A DNA stretch of 46,266 nucleotides, from IMG/VR virus record IMGVR_UViG_2671180743_000008, one strand, 5' to 3'. The position numbers and the translations under genes were made by a program. This DNA comes from a virus. Its lineage: Duplodnaviria; Heunggongvirae; Uroviricota; Caudoviricetes. The notes under the pieces were generated by a model, which did not search any database, was not told the origin of the DNA, and saw only the letters and a program-made list of their open reading frames with translations. This document shows positions 1-7,924 of this stretch, piece after piece (position 1 is the first letter of the stretch; each line of letters begins with the position of its first letter).

Positions 1-32
1 CCTCAAAGTGATCTACTATTCCGCGCAGCTAT

Positions 33-497
33 TTAGATTCGTCTCGCCTGCCAGAAATTTTTCTGCCAATAGACATTATCAAGTGAGGAACGCATCACTC
101 CCTTGCTGGTAGAGGCGTGGATAAATTGGTTGTTGGTATCGTAAATACCTACATGCAAACCATTTTGTCCGGAACCCGTTTTGAAAAAGACCAGGTCACC
201 AGGCAGCAACTCGTCTTTATCAATTTGCGTGCCGATAGAGGCTTGTTCTTTGGTTTCTCGGGGCAGCTGCAAATCGAAACGATCGCGCATCGTTACAACC
301 ACAAATCCCGAACAGTCCACACCGCGCCGCGTCATGCCACCATAACGATACGGCGTGCCATGCCAGCTTTGTAGCTGGTCGTTCAAACCGGCAATAACGG
401 TAATCGAATCAGAAAGTCTGGCATTTGGCGGCGGTGCTTTATGGTGGCTACACCCGGCCAGAAACAGTGCTGTGATCAAAATAAGGCAGAAACGCAT
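33..497 (-). CDS. nlpC: NlpC/P60-family lipoprotein (peptidoglycan endopeptidase)
   Basis: 154 aa; lipobox LAGC near N-terminus; translation matches what I recall of E. coli NlpC almost residue for residue; sits downstream of btuD as in E. coli. Confidence 0.9.
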   Translation of the reverse strand: MRFCLILITALFLAGCSHHKAPPPNARLSDSITVIAGLNDQLQSWHGTPYRYGGMTRRGVDCSGFVVVTMRDRFDLQLPRETKEQASIGTQIDKDELLPGDLVFFKTGSGQNGLHVGIYDTNNQFIHASTSKGVMRSSLDNVYWQKNFWQARRI

Positions 498-574
498 TCC
501 GTACGGTTCCTCTGTTTTTTATTCTTGCATTAATTTAGCGTCGTAATTACCCGATTTTCAAGATACTAATGAAA

Positions 575-1324
575 TCAGATGGTCGAAATCAGCATTCTGT
601 GACCTTCGATATCCAGACGGCGAAAATTCATCCCATAGGCCTGCGCCAGATTTGGCGGCGTGAGCACCTCTTCTCTGCGTCCACTGGCCAGCATTTTTCC
701 ACCTTTTAGCAACCACGCCCGATGCGCATGACGCAATGTGTGGTTGAGATCGTGACTGCTCATCACAATCGCCAGTCCTTGCTGACACAGAGCGCTCAGA
801 ATTTTGTCTAACGCACTTTGTTGCGCAACATCAAGACTGTTCATCGGCTCATCAAGAAGCAGCAATTGGCCTGCGGGATTGGCTTGTGGTGTGATTTGCA
901 GCACCACCGCAGCAAGACGTACGCGTTGCCATTCACCGCCGGAAAGTTGATTGGTGCTACGTCCGAGTTTGTCATCAAGAGCCAGCGCCCCTGCGACATC
1001 ATTCAGTAGTTCGGTACGCGTTTTATCGTGCTGATGCAGTGTCAGATAGTGCCAGACCGGCATTGCAAACGGCGGCGTCTGCTGTTGTGAAAGATAGGCG
1101 CGATGCAGCGCGAGTTTTGTTGCGGACCATGCTTCCAGTGGTTGCCCCGCGAACTGAATACTTCCCTTACCGCTGGTCATTCCGGCCATTCGTGCCAGTA
1201 AGGTACTCTTACCCGCGCCATTCGGCCCCACCAGGTGCAGGATCTCCCCAGCCCGAACCTCGCCAGAAAGTGGCCCCAGGCGGGTAGATTCCGCAACATC
1301 CTGTAACTGCATCACAATAGACAT
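575..1324 (-). CDS. btuD: Vitamin B12 ABC transporter ATP-binding subunit
   Basis: 249 aa; Walker [13 protein letters not shown] signature LSGGEWQR, Walker B LLLLDEP; position between btuE and nlpC. Confidence 0.93.
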
Positions 1325-1875
1325 TATTTTGCCAACGCCAGTTTAATGCTTTCCATCACAATGGGGTCTTCCGGCGTCATATCCGGGGAAAAACGCTGGA
1401 TGACCAATCCGTCCCTGCCAACTAAAAATTTCTCAAAATTCCATAAAATATCATCAGGGTACAGCGGTGCACGACCTTTGCTGACCATACGGGCATAGAA
1501 TCCGCTCTCTTCCGGCGCGACTGCGGTCGGCGCTGCGGCAATCAATTTTTGATACAGCGGATGGCGTCCTTCGCCGTTAACTTCAATCTTACTGAACATC
1601 GGGAACGTCACCCCCCATGTGGTGGTACAGTAAGTTTTAATCTCTTCATCGCTGCCCGGTTCTTGTTCCAGAAACTGGTTGCACGGGAATCCCAGCACCA
1701 CAAAACCTCGATCGGCCCAGGCTTTCTGAATATTCTCCAACTGCTCATATTGCGGCGTTAAGCCACACTTTGAGGCGACATTGACAATCAACAGCACATT
1801 ACCGGCGTACTTCTCCAGCGTGGTCACTTCACCGTCGATATCTTTCACTACGGTCGTCAGAATGGAATCTTGCAT
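1324..1875 (-). CDS. btuE: Glutathione peroxidase-family protein
   Basis: 183 aa; GPx-type motifs ([18 protein letters not shown]); start overlaps btuD stop; canonical btuC-btuE-btuD order. Confidence 0.92.
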
Positions 1876-1937
1876 CGTTTCTCCTGGGTGTGGTCAGTAA
1901 AAATCTTAGCTTTTAATCATAGACCGTCTTTTTGCGG

Positions 1938-2918
1938 CTAACGTCCTGCTTTTAACAATAACCAGATAAACACCGGCGCACCCAACGTTGCGGTGACCAC
2001 GCCAATAGGCAGCTCTGCGGCAGCTAATGCCAGGCGCGCTACAATATCGGCCAGCAGCACTGCGCTCGCCCCTGCCAGCGCGCAGCCGGGAAGTAATACG
2101 CGATGATCGGTTAAACCACACAACCGAAGAATATGTGGGATCACCAGACCAATAAAGCCGATAGCACCCGCCAGCGCCACACTGACGCCAACCATCCAGC
2201 CGGTCGCTGCCACCAGCACATTGCGCCAGAACCACAGGGGTAAACCCAGTTGCCGCGCCGAGATCTCGCCAAGTGCTAACATATTCATCGGCCTGGACTG
2301 ACAACAGATCCACAACAACACGGGGATCAATGCCAGCATCAGCCAGCTTTGCCGCCAGTCTACGCCGCCAAAACCGCCCATCATCCAGTACATCAGCTGA
2401 CGTAAATCAACAGAGGTGGAAAAGTAGATAGCCCACGTCATTAGTGCGCTACAGATAATCCCTAATGCAACGCCAGCCAGCAATAACCGACTGGTCGAAA
2501 GATGACGACGGGCGAAACGTAAGAGTATTAAAGTGATGATAAGCGCGCCAGCAATCGCACACAGCCCTAGCGCCCAGTTGGGGAGTTGCCCTTGCCCAAG
2601 CAATACCGCGGCGATAAGCCCCACGCCTGCGCCGTTAGAGACGCCAAGTAGTCCAGGTTCTGCCAGAGGATTTTCAAACAACGCCTGCATTACAGCGCCG
2701 GATATAGCCAGCGCCGCACCAACCAGCAATACAGCCAGCGTACGTGGCAGGCGAATTTGCCAGACGAACAGTTCGCCACGAGGAGTAAACCAGTCACCTG
2801 GCGAAATCCATTGTTCACCGGCGCAAAGGCTTAAGAGAAGCGCCAGCAGCATCAAAACTGACAGGCATAATAACCAGCGAATATTTTGTCGCTGTTGTTG
2901 GCGGGCAAGTGTCAGCAT
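1938..2918 (-). CDS. btuC: Vitamin B12 ABC transporter permease
   Basis: 326 aa, highly hydrophobic multi-pass membrane protein of FecCD/BtuC type; first gene of the btuCED operon. Confidence 0.92.
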   Translation of the reverse strand: MLTLARQQQRQNIRWLLCLSVLMLLALLLSLCAGEQWISPGDWFTPRGELFVWQIRLPRTLAVLLVGAALAISGAVMQALFENPLAEPGLLGVSNGAGVGLIAAVLLGQGQLPNWALGLCAIAGALIITLILLRFARRHLSTSRLLLAGVALGIICSALMTWAIYFSTSVDLRQLMYWMMGGFGGVDWRQSWLMLALIPVLLWICCQSRPMNMLALGEISARQLGLPLWFWRNVLVAATGWMVGVSVALAGAIGFIGLVIPHILRLCGLTDHRVLLPGCALAGASAVLLADIVARLALAAAELPIGVVTATLGAPVFIWLLLKAGR

Positions 2919-3110
2919 GGTATCCGTTCTGCTGAAGTGTCATGGCGTTGATTTTACGGTGACTCTTCGACAGTGAAAAGAAAAAAGGCCGCAGAGCGGC
3001 CATAAACACAAACAAAAATCAATAAGTTAGGTAATTATCAAAGACTTACAGACACACAAAAACACAGCCAACCACAACAAATAACAGAGATGTGGTCAAT
3101 TTGTGGATCA

Positions 3111-3665
3111 TCAGCCAACAAATTTAGCAACAAATACAGCAACCGCCGCTGTGAAAATGGTTGTGCACACTGGCACAATAATGCCACTCCAACGCCACTT
3201 CGTATTATCATCAACCTTGTCAAACCGCCGATTCATCTCATCCATAATCTTGTCAAAGCGTTTATCCATCGCTTCGGTAAGCTCACCCTTCAGGCTGTTA
3301 ATGTCTGATTTGAGCTGCTCTTTCAGGTTAGCTGTATCAGATTTAAGCTCACCTTTCAGATTCGCAATATCGCATTCAAGATCACCTTTCAGATGTGCTA
3401 TGTCTGCTTTGAGTTCACCTTTCACCTCACCAACATCGGCTTTAGTTGAGAGGTTTGTAGTGCGTTCAGCAAGCGTCGCAAGGTCGTTTCTTGTTAGCGA
3501 TAAATCACCTTCGAGCCGCTCAATTCGCCTTTCAAGTTTATCTGACATTCCGCCTCCACTACTGCCGCCATCGCCACCATGATAAAGCACATCACGCTCA
3601 GAATGCGACACACTACCTGCTGAATTACCGAAAAGATTTCTTGCTACATTACCCATTATCACCAT
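3111..3665 (-). CDS. Hypothetical coiled-coil protein with C-terminal transmembrane anchor (prophage cargo)
   Basis: 184 aa; Gly/Ser-rich N-terminus, repeated LKGELKxDIAxLKG-type heptad/11-mer repeats, single C-terminal hydrophobic helix (IIVPVCTTIFTAAVAVFVAKFV); overlaps upstream ORF by 17 nt; no family recognised. Confidence 0.6.
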   Translation of the reverse strand: MVIMGNVARNLFGNSAGSVSHSERDVLYHGGDGGSSGGGMSDKLERRIERLEGDLSLTRNDLATLAERTTNLSTKADVGEVKGELKADIAHLKGDLECDIANLKGELKSDTANLKEQLKSDINSLKGELTEAMDKRFDKIMDEMNRRFDKVDDNTKWRWSGIIVPVCTTIFTAAVAVFVAKFVG

Positions 3666-4149
3666 CCTGCGCTTTGTCTTTCTCCAACCACTTCAGCACC
3701 GCAGACGTACGATAAAGGCTCAGGTAACCACAATTCAGGCAATGCAGCGTGTAATAAGTTTTGCGCATATCAGGTATGCTCTTAACATCACCCAAAAAAG
3801 CATAAGATACATAATGCTTTATGTTCTCTTTAATTAACTCACTCTGTTCCTCCAGGGGTAGATTGTTAAAATTTTCTGGTTTCTTATTTTTATCCCAGCA
3901 AAGATCCATACTTTCTGGAACAGATAATCGCGACGATCCACATGAAGGGCAGACACTGGAGACCCCCTTCTCAGACAAGAAACGGAAGAAGATTTCTGGC
4001 GTAATCTCCATCAGCCGCTCTTTATGTTTTTTGACACGACTCATCGACTTCTTATTGATTTCATCAGCTTCTTCTTTGCATTTATCTTCTATATATTTCG
4101 ATAGTAAATAGTCATATAACTCTTTTTTTGTAGGTTTTTTTATTTCCAT
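3649..4149 (-). CDS. Hypothetical zinc-ribbon protein (prophage cargo)
   Basis: 166 aa; Lys/Glu-rich; CPSC ... CLNC cysteine pairs suggest a Zn ribbon; markedly AT-rich codon usage compared with flanking prophage genes; starts 3 nt after the integrase stop. Confidence 0.6.
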   Translation of the reverse strand: MEIKKPTKKELYDYLLSKYIEDKCKEEADEINKKSMSRVKKHKERLMEITPEIFFRFLSEKGVSSVCPSCGSSRLSVPESMDLCWDKNKKPENFNNLPLEEQSELIKENIKHYVSYAFLGDVKSIPDMRKTYYTLHCLNCGYLSLYRTSAVLKWLEKDKAQDGDNG

Positions 4150-4151
4150 AG

Positions 4152-5129
4152 TTACATTCCTCCCAAGGGATTAAACCTCACCGCATCCTGCAAGTAATCC
4201 GGCGCAAGATGGGCATAAATCATCGTTGTCTGAATCTTTGCGTGCCCCAGAATTTTCTGGAGCGTCAGAATATTGCCGCCGTTCATCATGAAATGACTGG
4301 CGAAGGTGTGGCGCAGCGCATGAACAGCCTGGCCGTCAGGAACATCAGGTGCGACCGTTTTGATGACATCGCGAACCAATGAATAATCCAGCGTCGGAAA
4401 CACCAGTTTCCCGCCCCGTTTTTTGATCTTTTCAAACAGGCTTTCAGAAATAGGAACGGTACGGTTTTTGCTGTTCTTCGTTTTTGAAAAAGTGATTCGA
4501 CAATGAAGAACACGGCGCTGCTCCAGTGCCGCTACCTCGCCCCATCGCGCCCCGGTCGACAGAAGGATTTCGACGGCCAGCCGTTCATCGGGATTTTCAG
4601 CCAGTGCATCCAGCAACTGAACACATTCAGACTTACTCAGATATCCCATTTCACGCTCGTTAACCTTCATTCCTTTAAGGCCTTGAACGGGGTTATCGTT
4701 AAGAAAATGGCCGGATGAGATGAGTGCGGTAAACATCGCGCTTAACGCCCCAATCTCTCGATTTATGGTGCTGGGCTGTATCCCCTGCTCTATCCTGGAC
4801 ACACGTAGCTCGGTGAGCATCGTTGTATTAAGTTTATGCACGCACGGGTCATCCATTGCCTCACTCAAGCGCAGCAATTTAAGGCGCGTGTTATGCCCTG
4901 ACTTCATTAGCTGGCCGTGGTATTTCCACCACAAGTCAATAAGCACTGACAGCGGACGGCGATCAATGGAGTTTCCTTTCCACTCATTGTTATGCTGTTG
5001 CGCCAGCACCCACCGCTCATATAAAACTGCATCCGATTTCGTTTTAAATTTTTTGCGAATGCGTTTGCCTTTACGCCCCTCAGGACGCATGTCAAGAAGA
5101 TACCCTCCCGGAATTGATTTTATGCTCAT
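4152..5129 (-). CDS. int: P2-type tyrosine integrase
   Basis: Start chosen at MSIKSIPGG (the ORF track extends to 5279); catalytic-region motifs HALRHTFASH and LGHAKIQTTMIYAHL; C-terminus FNPLGG typical of P2/186 integrases. Confidence 0.9.
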   Translation of the reverse strand: MSIKSIPGGYLLDMRPEGRKGKRIRKKFKTKSDAVLYERWVLAQQHNNEWKGNSIDRRPLSVLIDLWWKYHGQLMKSGHNTRLKLLRLSEAMDDPCVHKLNTTMLTELRVSRIEQGIQPSTINREIGALSAMFTALISSGHFLNDNPVQGLKGMKVNEREMGYLSKSECVQLLDALAENPDERLAVEILLSTGARWGEVAALEQRRVLHCRITFSKTKNSKNRTVPISESLFEKIKKRGGKLVFPTLDYSLVRDVIKTVAPDVPDGQAVHALRHTFASHFMMNGGNILTLQKILGHAKIQTTMIYAHLAPDYLQDAVRFNPLGGM

Positions 5130-5178
5130 TCGTGAAGCCCCAGCGTTACAAGACCACCATGCCCCCAGCGTTCCATGA

Positions 5179-5490
5179 TTAGCCGGGCTGTGTGCCAGTC
5201 TTGCGGGATTTTTGAGAAGACGATGTGTTTTCTGGCCCATCAGGGGAGAGAGAAGGACTGATCTGCCCAGCAGCCTCATTTGTTTCGTTACTCATCAACC
5301 ACGTAGTGTATTTTTTAAATTCCGGGTGCATTGTGATTTTCAGTAAAACCTCCGTTCCCACACCTCGAATACCAGTCTCGTATTGCTTAACCGTACCAAC
5401 CGCAATACCTATTGAATCCGCGAACTTTGCCTGACTAAGCCCCTCAGATTCTCGAATTGCTTTTAGCTTCTTTGATATCTCTATTGACAT
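5179..5490 (-). CDS. C: P2 C-type immunity repressor (HTH)
   Basis: Start chosen at MSIEISKK (103 aa); HTH segment LSQAKFADSIGIAVGTVKQYETG; C-terminal ...SSSQKSRKTG resembles the P2 C C-terminus; upstream of and co-oriented with int. Confidence 0.8.
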   Translation of the reverse strand: MSIEISKKLKAIRESEGLSQAKFADSIGIAVGTVKQYETGIRGVGTEVLLKITMHPEFKKYTTWLMSNETNEAAGQISPSLSPDGPENTSSSQKSRKTGTQPG

Positions 5491-5585
5491 GGTGTGCACC
5501 TGAATACTATATTGGTTATCAGTTGAGTACCACTTGACGCTACAAAGAGCCACAAATAGCACCAGATTGAATAGGTTATCACACC

Positions 5586-5864
5586 ATGGCAAAAGTCCTT
5601 AACACATACGAACAAGCGGATTTTGAGCGTTTGGCGGCGTTCTACCCATACCGTAATGAACATGGGCTACCGGTACTTGAAGAAAGCCTAGAGGATTATG
5701 CGAAACGCACAAATCAAAGCATTCTCGCTGTAAGAAGGCAGGCTGATAGATCGGTAATTCCCGTTACTCAAGAAGGAAGAAACACAAAACGCAAAGTAAA
5801 TCTCTTCGCAATTTTCCTGAAAACCATCAGAAACGCAGAGAAATACGTGCAGATGACAAAATAA
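5586..5864 (+). CDS. Cox/Apl-like early regulator (assigned by position)
   Basis: 92 aa ORF transcribed divergently from the repressor, first gene of the early operon as cox is in P2; sequence itself is not recognisably P2 Cox. Confidence 0.5.
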   Translation: MAKVLNTYEQADFERLAAFYPYRNEHGLPVLEESLEDYAKRTNQSILAVRRQADRSVIPVTQEGRNTKRKVNLFAIFLKTIRNAEKYVQMTK

Positions 5865-5878
5865 CGAGGTGTCATTTT

Positions 5879-6217
5879 ATGCTGAAGCAACGCCGTAATT
5901 TTTGTACCGGAACAGAACGCCACGCTAACCGTTTCACTACCAGTGCATCACGCAGCAACATCCGCTACAGCCTGAGTGATACACACGCAACGCCGGATGG
6001 CTACCCAGTAAAACAAATCGGCGAGCACGCCTGGCTGATTGAGAAAGCTGGAATCGTGATCCACAAATGCCCACGCAATCCGTTTACCGGAAACCGCATT
6101 TTTGCACTGAGCTGTGGCGACAATCAGTTCGGGCAGGATTTCACATTATACGAAGCACTTCGCACGGTTGATCGTCTGCTTCGCGGGCAAAGTTTTATTA
6201 AACAGGCTGATTTATAA
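5879..6217 (+). CDS. Hypothetical early-region protein
   Basis: 112 aa ORF in the early operon; no family recognised. Confidence 0.5.
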   Translation: MLKQRRNFCTGTERHANRFTTSASRSNIRYSLSDTHATPDGYPVKQIGEHAWLIEKAGIVIHKCPRNPFTGNRIFALSCGDNQFGQDFTLYEALRTVDRLLRGQSFIKQADL

Positions 6218-6227
6218 CAGGTGCTTT

Positions 6228-6515
6228 ATGACCAAAGACAATGCACAAGGTGTATTTATCCGTTTTATTGATTTTCGCGGTGAACTGTTATTACGTGCAT
6301 CCGCTATTGACGGAGTGACTCCGGCGGGTAAAAACGGAGCCGACGAAGCCACTTACGTTTATCTGAACGGCACGCGACTGCTTGTGGAACTTCCGTACCA
6401 GACCGTACGAGAAATCATCAGCGAAGATGAAAAGGCACGCCAGGTTAATGGCGATGAACCCTATATCGAAATTATTTGTATGGATTCAGAAGCTGAAATA
6501 CAGAAAGCAGATTAA
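6228..6515 (+). CDS. Hypothetical early-region protein
   Basis: Start chosen at MTKDNAQGV (ATG at 6228) inside the track ORF 6114..6515; 95 aa. Confidence 0.5.
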   Translation: MTKDNAQGVFIRFIDFRGELLLRASAIDGVTPAGKNGADEATYVYLNGTRLLVELPYQTVREIISEDEKARQVNGDEPYIEIICMDSEAEIQKAD

Positions 6516-6523
6516 AGGGCGTT

Positions 6524-6769
6524 GTGATGGGCAAAGAATATAAAACTCTCATTAACAAAGCACTTGAGCGTTTTTATTTTCGCTTAAGTGCATCAGGCGC
6601 TCATGCTGAACGTGCGGCCCGTGACTCATTGACCAGAGCAATCCGAAGTCTGTATGACGTGGCTTTTTACGCTGATGATCTGGATGCACTTAACGAACTT
6701 TCCGAGCTGATCTGTGCCGCAGAATGCGGGGAACATATTGAACCGTATAAGCTGGGAAATATCGCATGA
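6524..6769 (+). CDS. Hypothetical early-region protein
   Basis: 81 aa ORF packed tightly after the previous gene. Confidence 0.5.
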   Translation: MMGKEYKTLINKALERFYFRLSASGAHAERAARDSLTRAIRSLYDVAFYADDLDALNELSELICAAECGEHIEPYKLGNIA

Positions 6770-6879
6770 GTATATTTATTTCATGGCTTGTTCTGATTAT
6801 TTCGGTGGTCTGCGCCATTGGGATTATGCGAATTATTAATTCAGTAAAAAAGATTGAACGCTTTTTCACTGAAGAATAA
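6766..6879 (+). CDS. Possible small membrane protein (37 aa)
   Basis: ATG at 6766 overlaps the previous stop (ATGA); translation MSIFISWLVLIISVVCAIGIMRIINSVKKIERFFTEE is one hydrophobic helix; too short for the ORF track. Confidence 0.3.
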   Translation: MSIFISWLVLIISVVCAIGIMRIINSVKKIERFFTEE

Positions 6880-6965
6880 CCGCGCAAATAAGACCCCAGG
6901 TTAAATAAGAAAATGTGAAAACAATCCGCATTCGCGGAGGTATTCGCACACGCCAAGGAGGCGTA

Positions 6966-7169
6966 ATGGCAATTAAGCATTTTCCTGTCGTTCGTTTCAC
7001 CTCCAGAGGACGTGAATACGAAGTTGACGAACGCCTGATTACCACAATCGACAAACACCGTTCAGAAAAGGATGCACATCATATCTATCTCACTGACGGC
7101 ACTTACTTCTGCGCCACCAACGTGGTGCAGGTGAATCTTATCAGACAGGTACAGGAGTCACGCAGATGA
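6966..7169 (+). CDS. Hypothetical early-region protein
   Basis: Start at MAIKHF, preceded by GGAGG; 67 aa. Confidence 0.5.
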   Translation: MAIKHFPVVRFTSRGREYEVDERLITTIDKHRSEKDAHHIYLTDGTYFCATNVVQVNLIRQVQESRR

Positions 7170-7411
7170 CCATTCTGGACTACATCGCTGCCAATCCGGG
7201 TTGTAGCAGTGGAGAAATCGCCGCAGCACTGAATACACCAACCACAACCATTAATGCGGAGCTACGCCGTCTCTGGCGCAGCGGTTTAGTCACAAGAAAA
7301 GAGCGCAAAACAGGCGGTCGCTTTTCTTATCAGGTAAACCTGATGCCGTTTGGGTGTAGCAACCCACTAACCCAGATGTTCAACCAGCTACTGAGGGAAA
7401 TCAGAGCATGA
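7166..7411 (+). CDS. Small winged-helix DNA-binding protein
   Basis: 81 aa; SSGEIAAALNTPTTTINAELRRLWRSGLV looks like a wHTH recognition helix and wing; start overlaps previous stop. Confidence 0.55.
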   Translation: MTILDYIAANPGCSSGEIAAALNTPTTTINAELRRLWRSGLVTRKERKTGGRFSYQVNLMPFGCSNPLTQMFNQLLREIRA

Positions 7412-7552
7412 GCACCTCCAACTGCCGGAAACCACGTCGGGCTTCAGCAGCTCATCCGGCAGCAAAACAAACTCCATTAATTCCTGTTCCGGGCCTTTCC
7501 TGCACCTTGCGGCGGGAGGCCTTCGCACATCTGTAACAAGAGGATTGCCGCA

Positions 7553-7918
7553 ATGATTCTCGCCAACGACTTTCTTGAATACCTGCTCAACACAGAGCGT
7601 GATCTTGCCGCTCGCGTGCGTGATCGTTATGACATGTACCTGAAATCCCTGCCTGTACCGCAGCTCGCTGACGGAAAGATTGTTATTGATGGTCGCTACA
7701 TGATTGACAGCCACGAGGGAAATTACAGGCTTTACCGCATTGAAGGTGGCACCCCGTCCGTTATTGGCATTTACCAGCGCCCATCCTCTGCAATCGTCGA
7801 TGTGATTGCCGACAGCATCCGCATCACACATCGCCATGCCGACACAGAAGACACCGTGCTGGAAATTCAGCGGCTGGCTACAGTCTGCCGCGACACCCTG
7901 AATGGCATGACGAAGTAA
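7553..7918 (+). CDS. Hypothetical protein upstream of replication gene A
   Basis: 121 aa ORF; no family recognised. Confidence 0.5.
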   Translation: MILANDFLEYLLNTERDLAARVRDRYDMYLKSLPVPQLADGKIVIDGRYMIDSHEGNYRLYRIEGGTPSVIGIYQRPSSAIVDVIADSIRITHRHADTEDTVLEIQRLATVCRDTLNGMTK

Positions 7919-7924
7919 ATCACT

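Noticed and set aside
2533-2976. 147-aa plus-strand ORF antisense to btuC
   Set aside because: Shadow ORF opposite the btuC membrane-protein coding sequence
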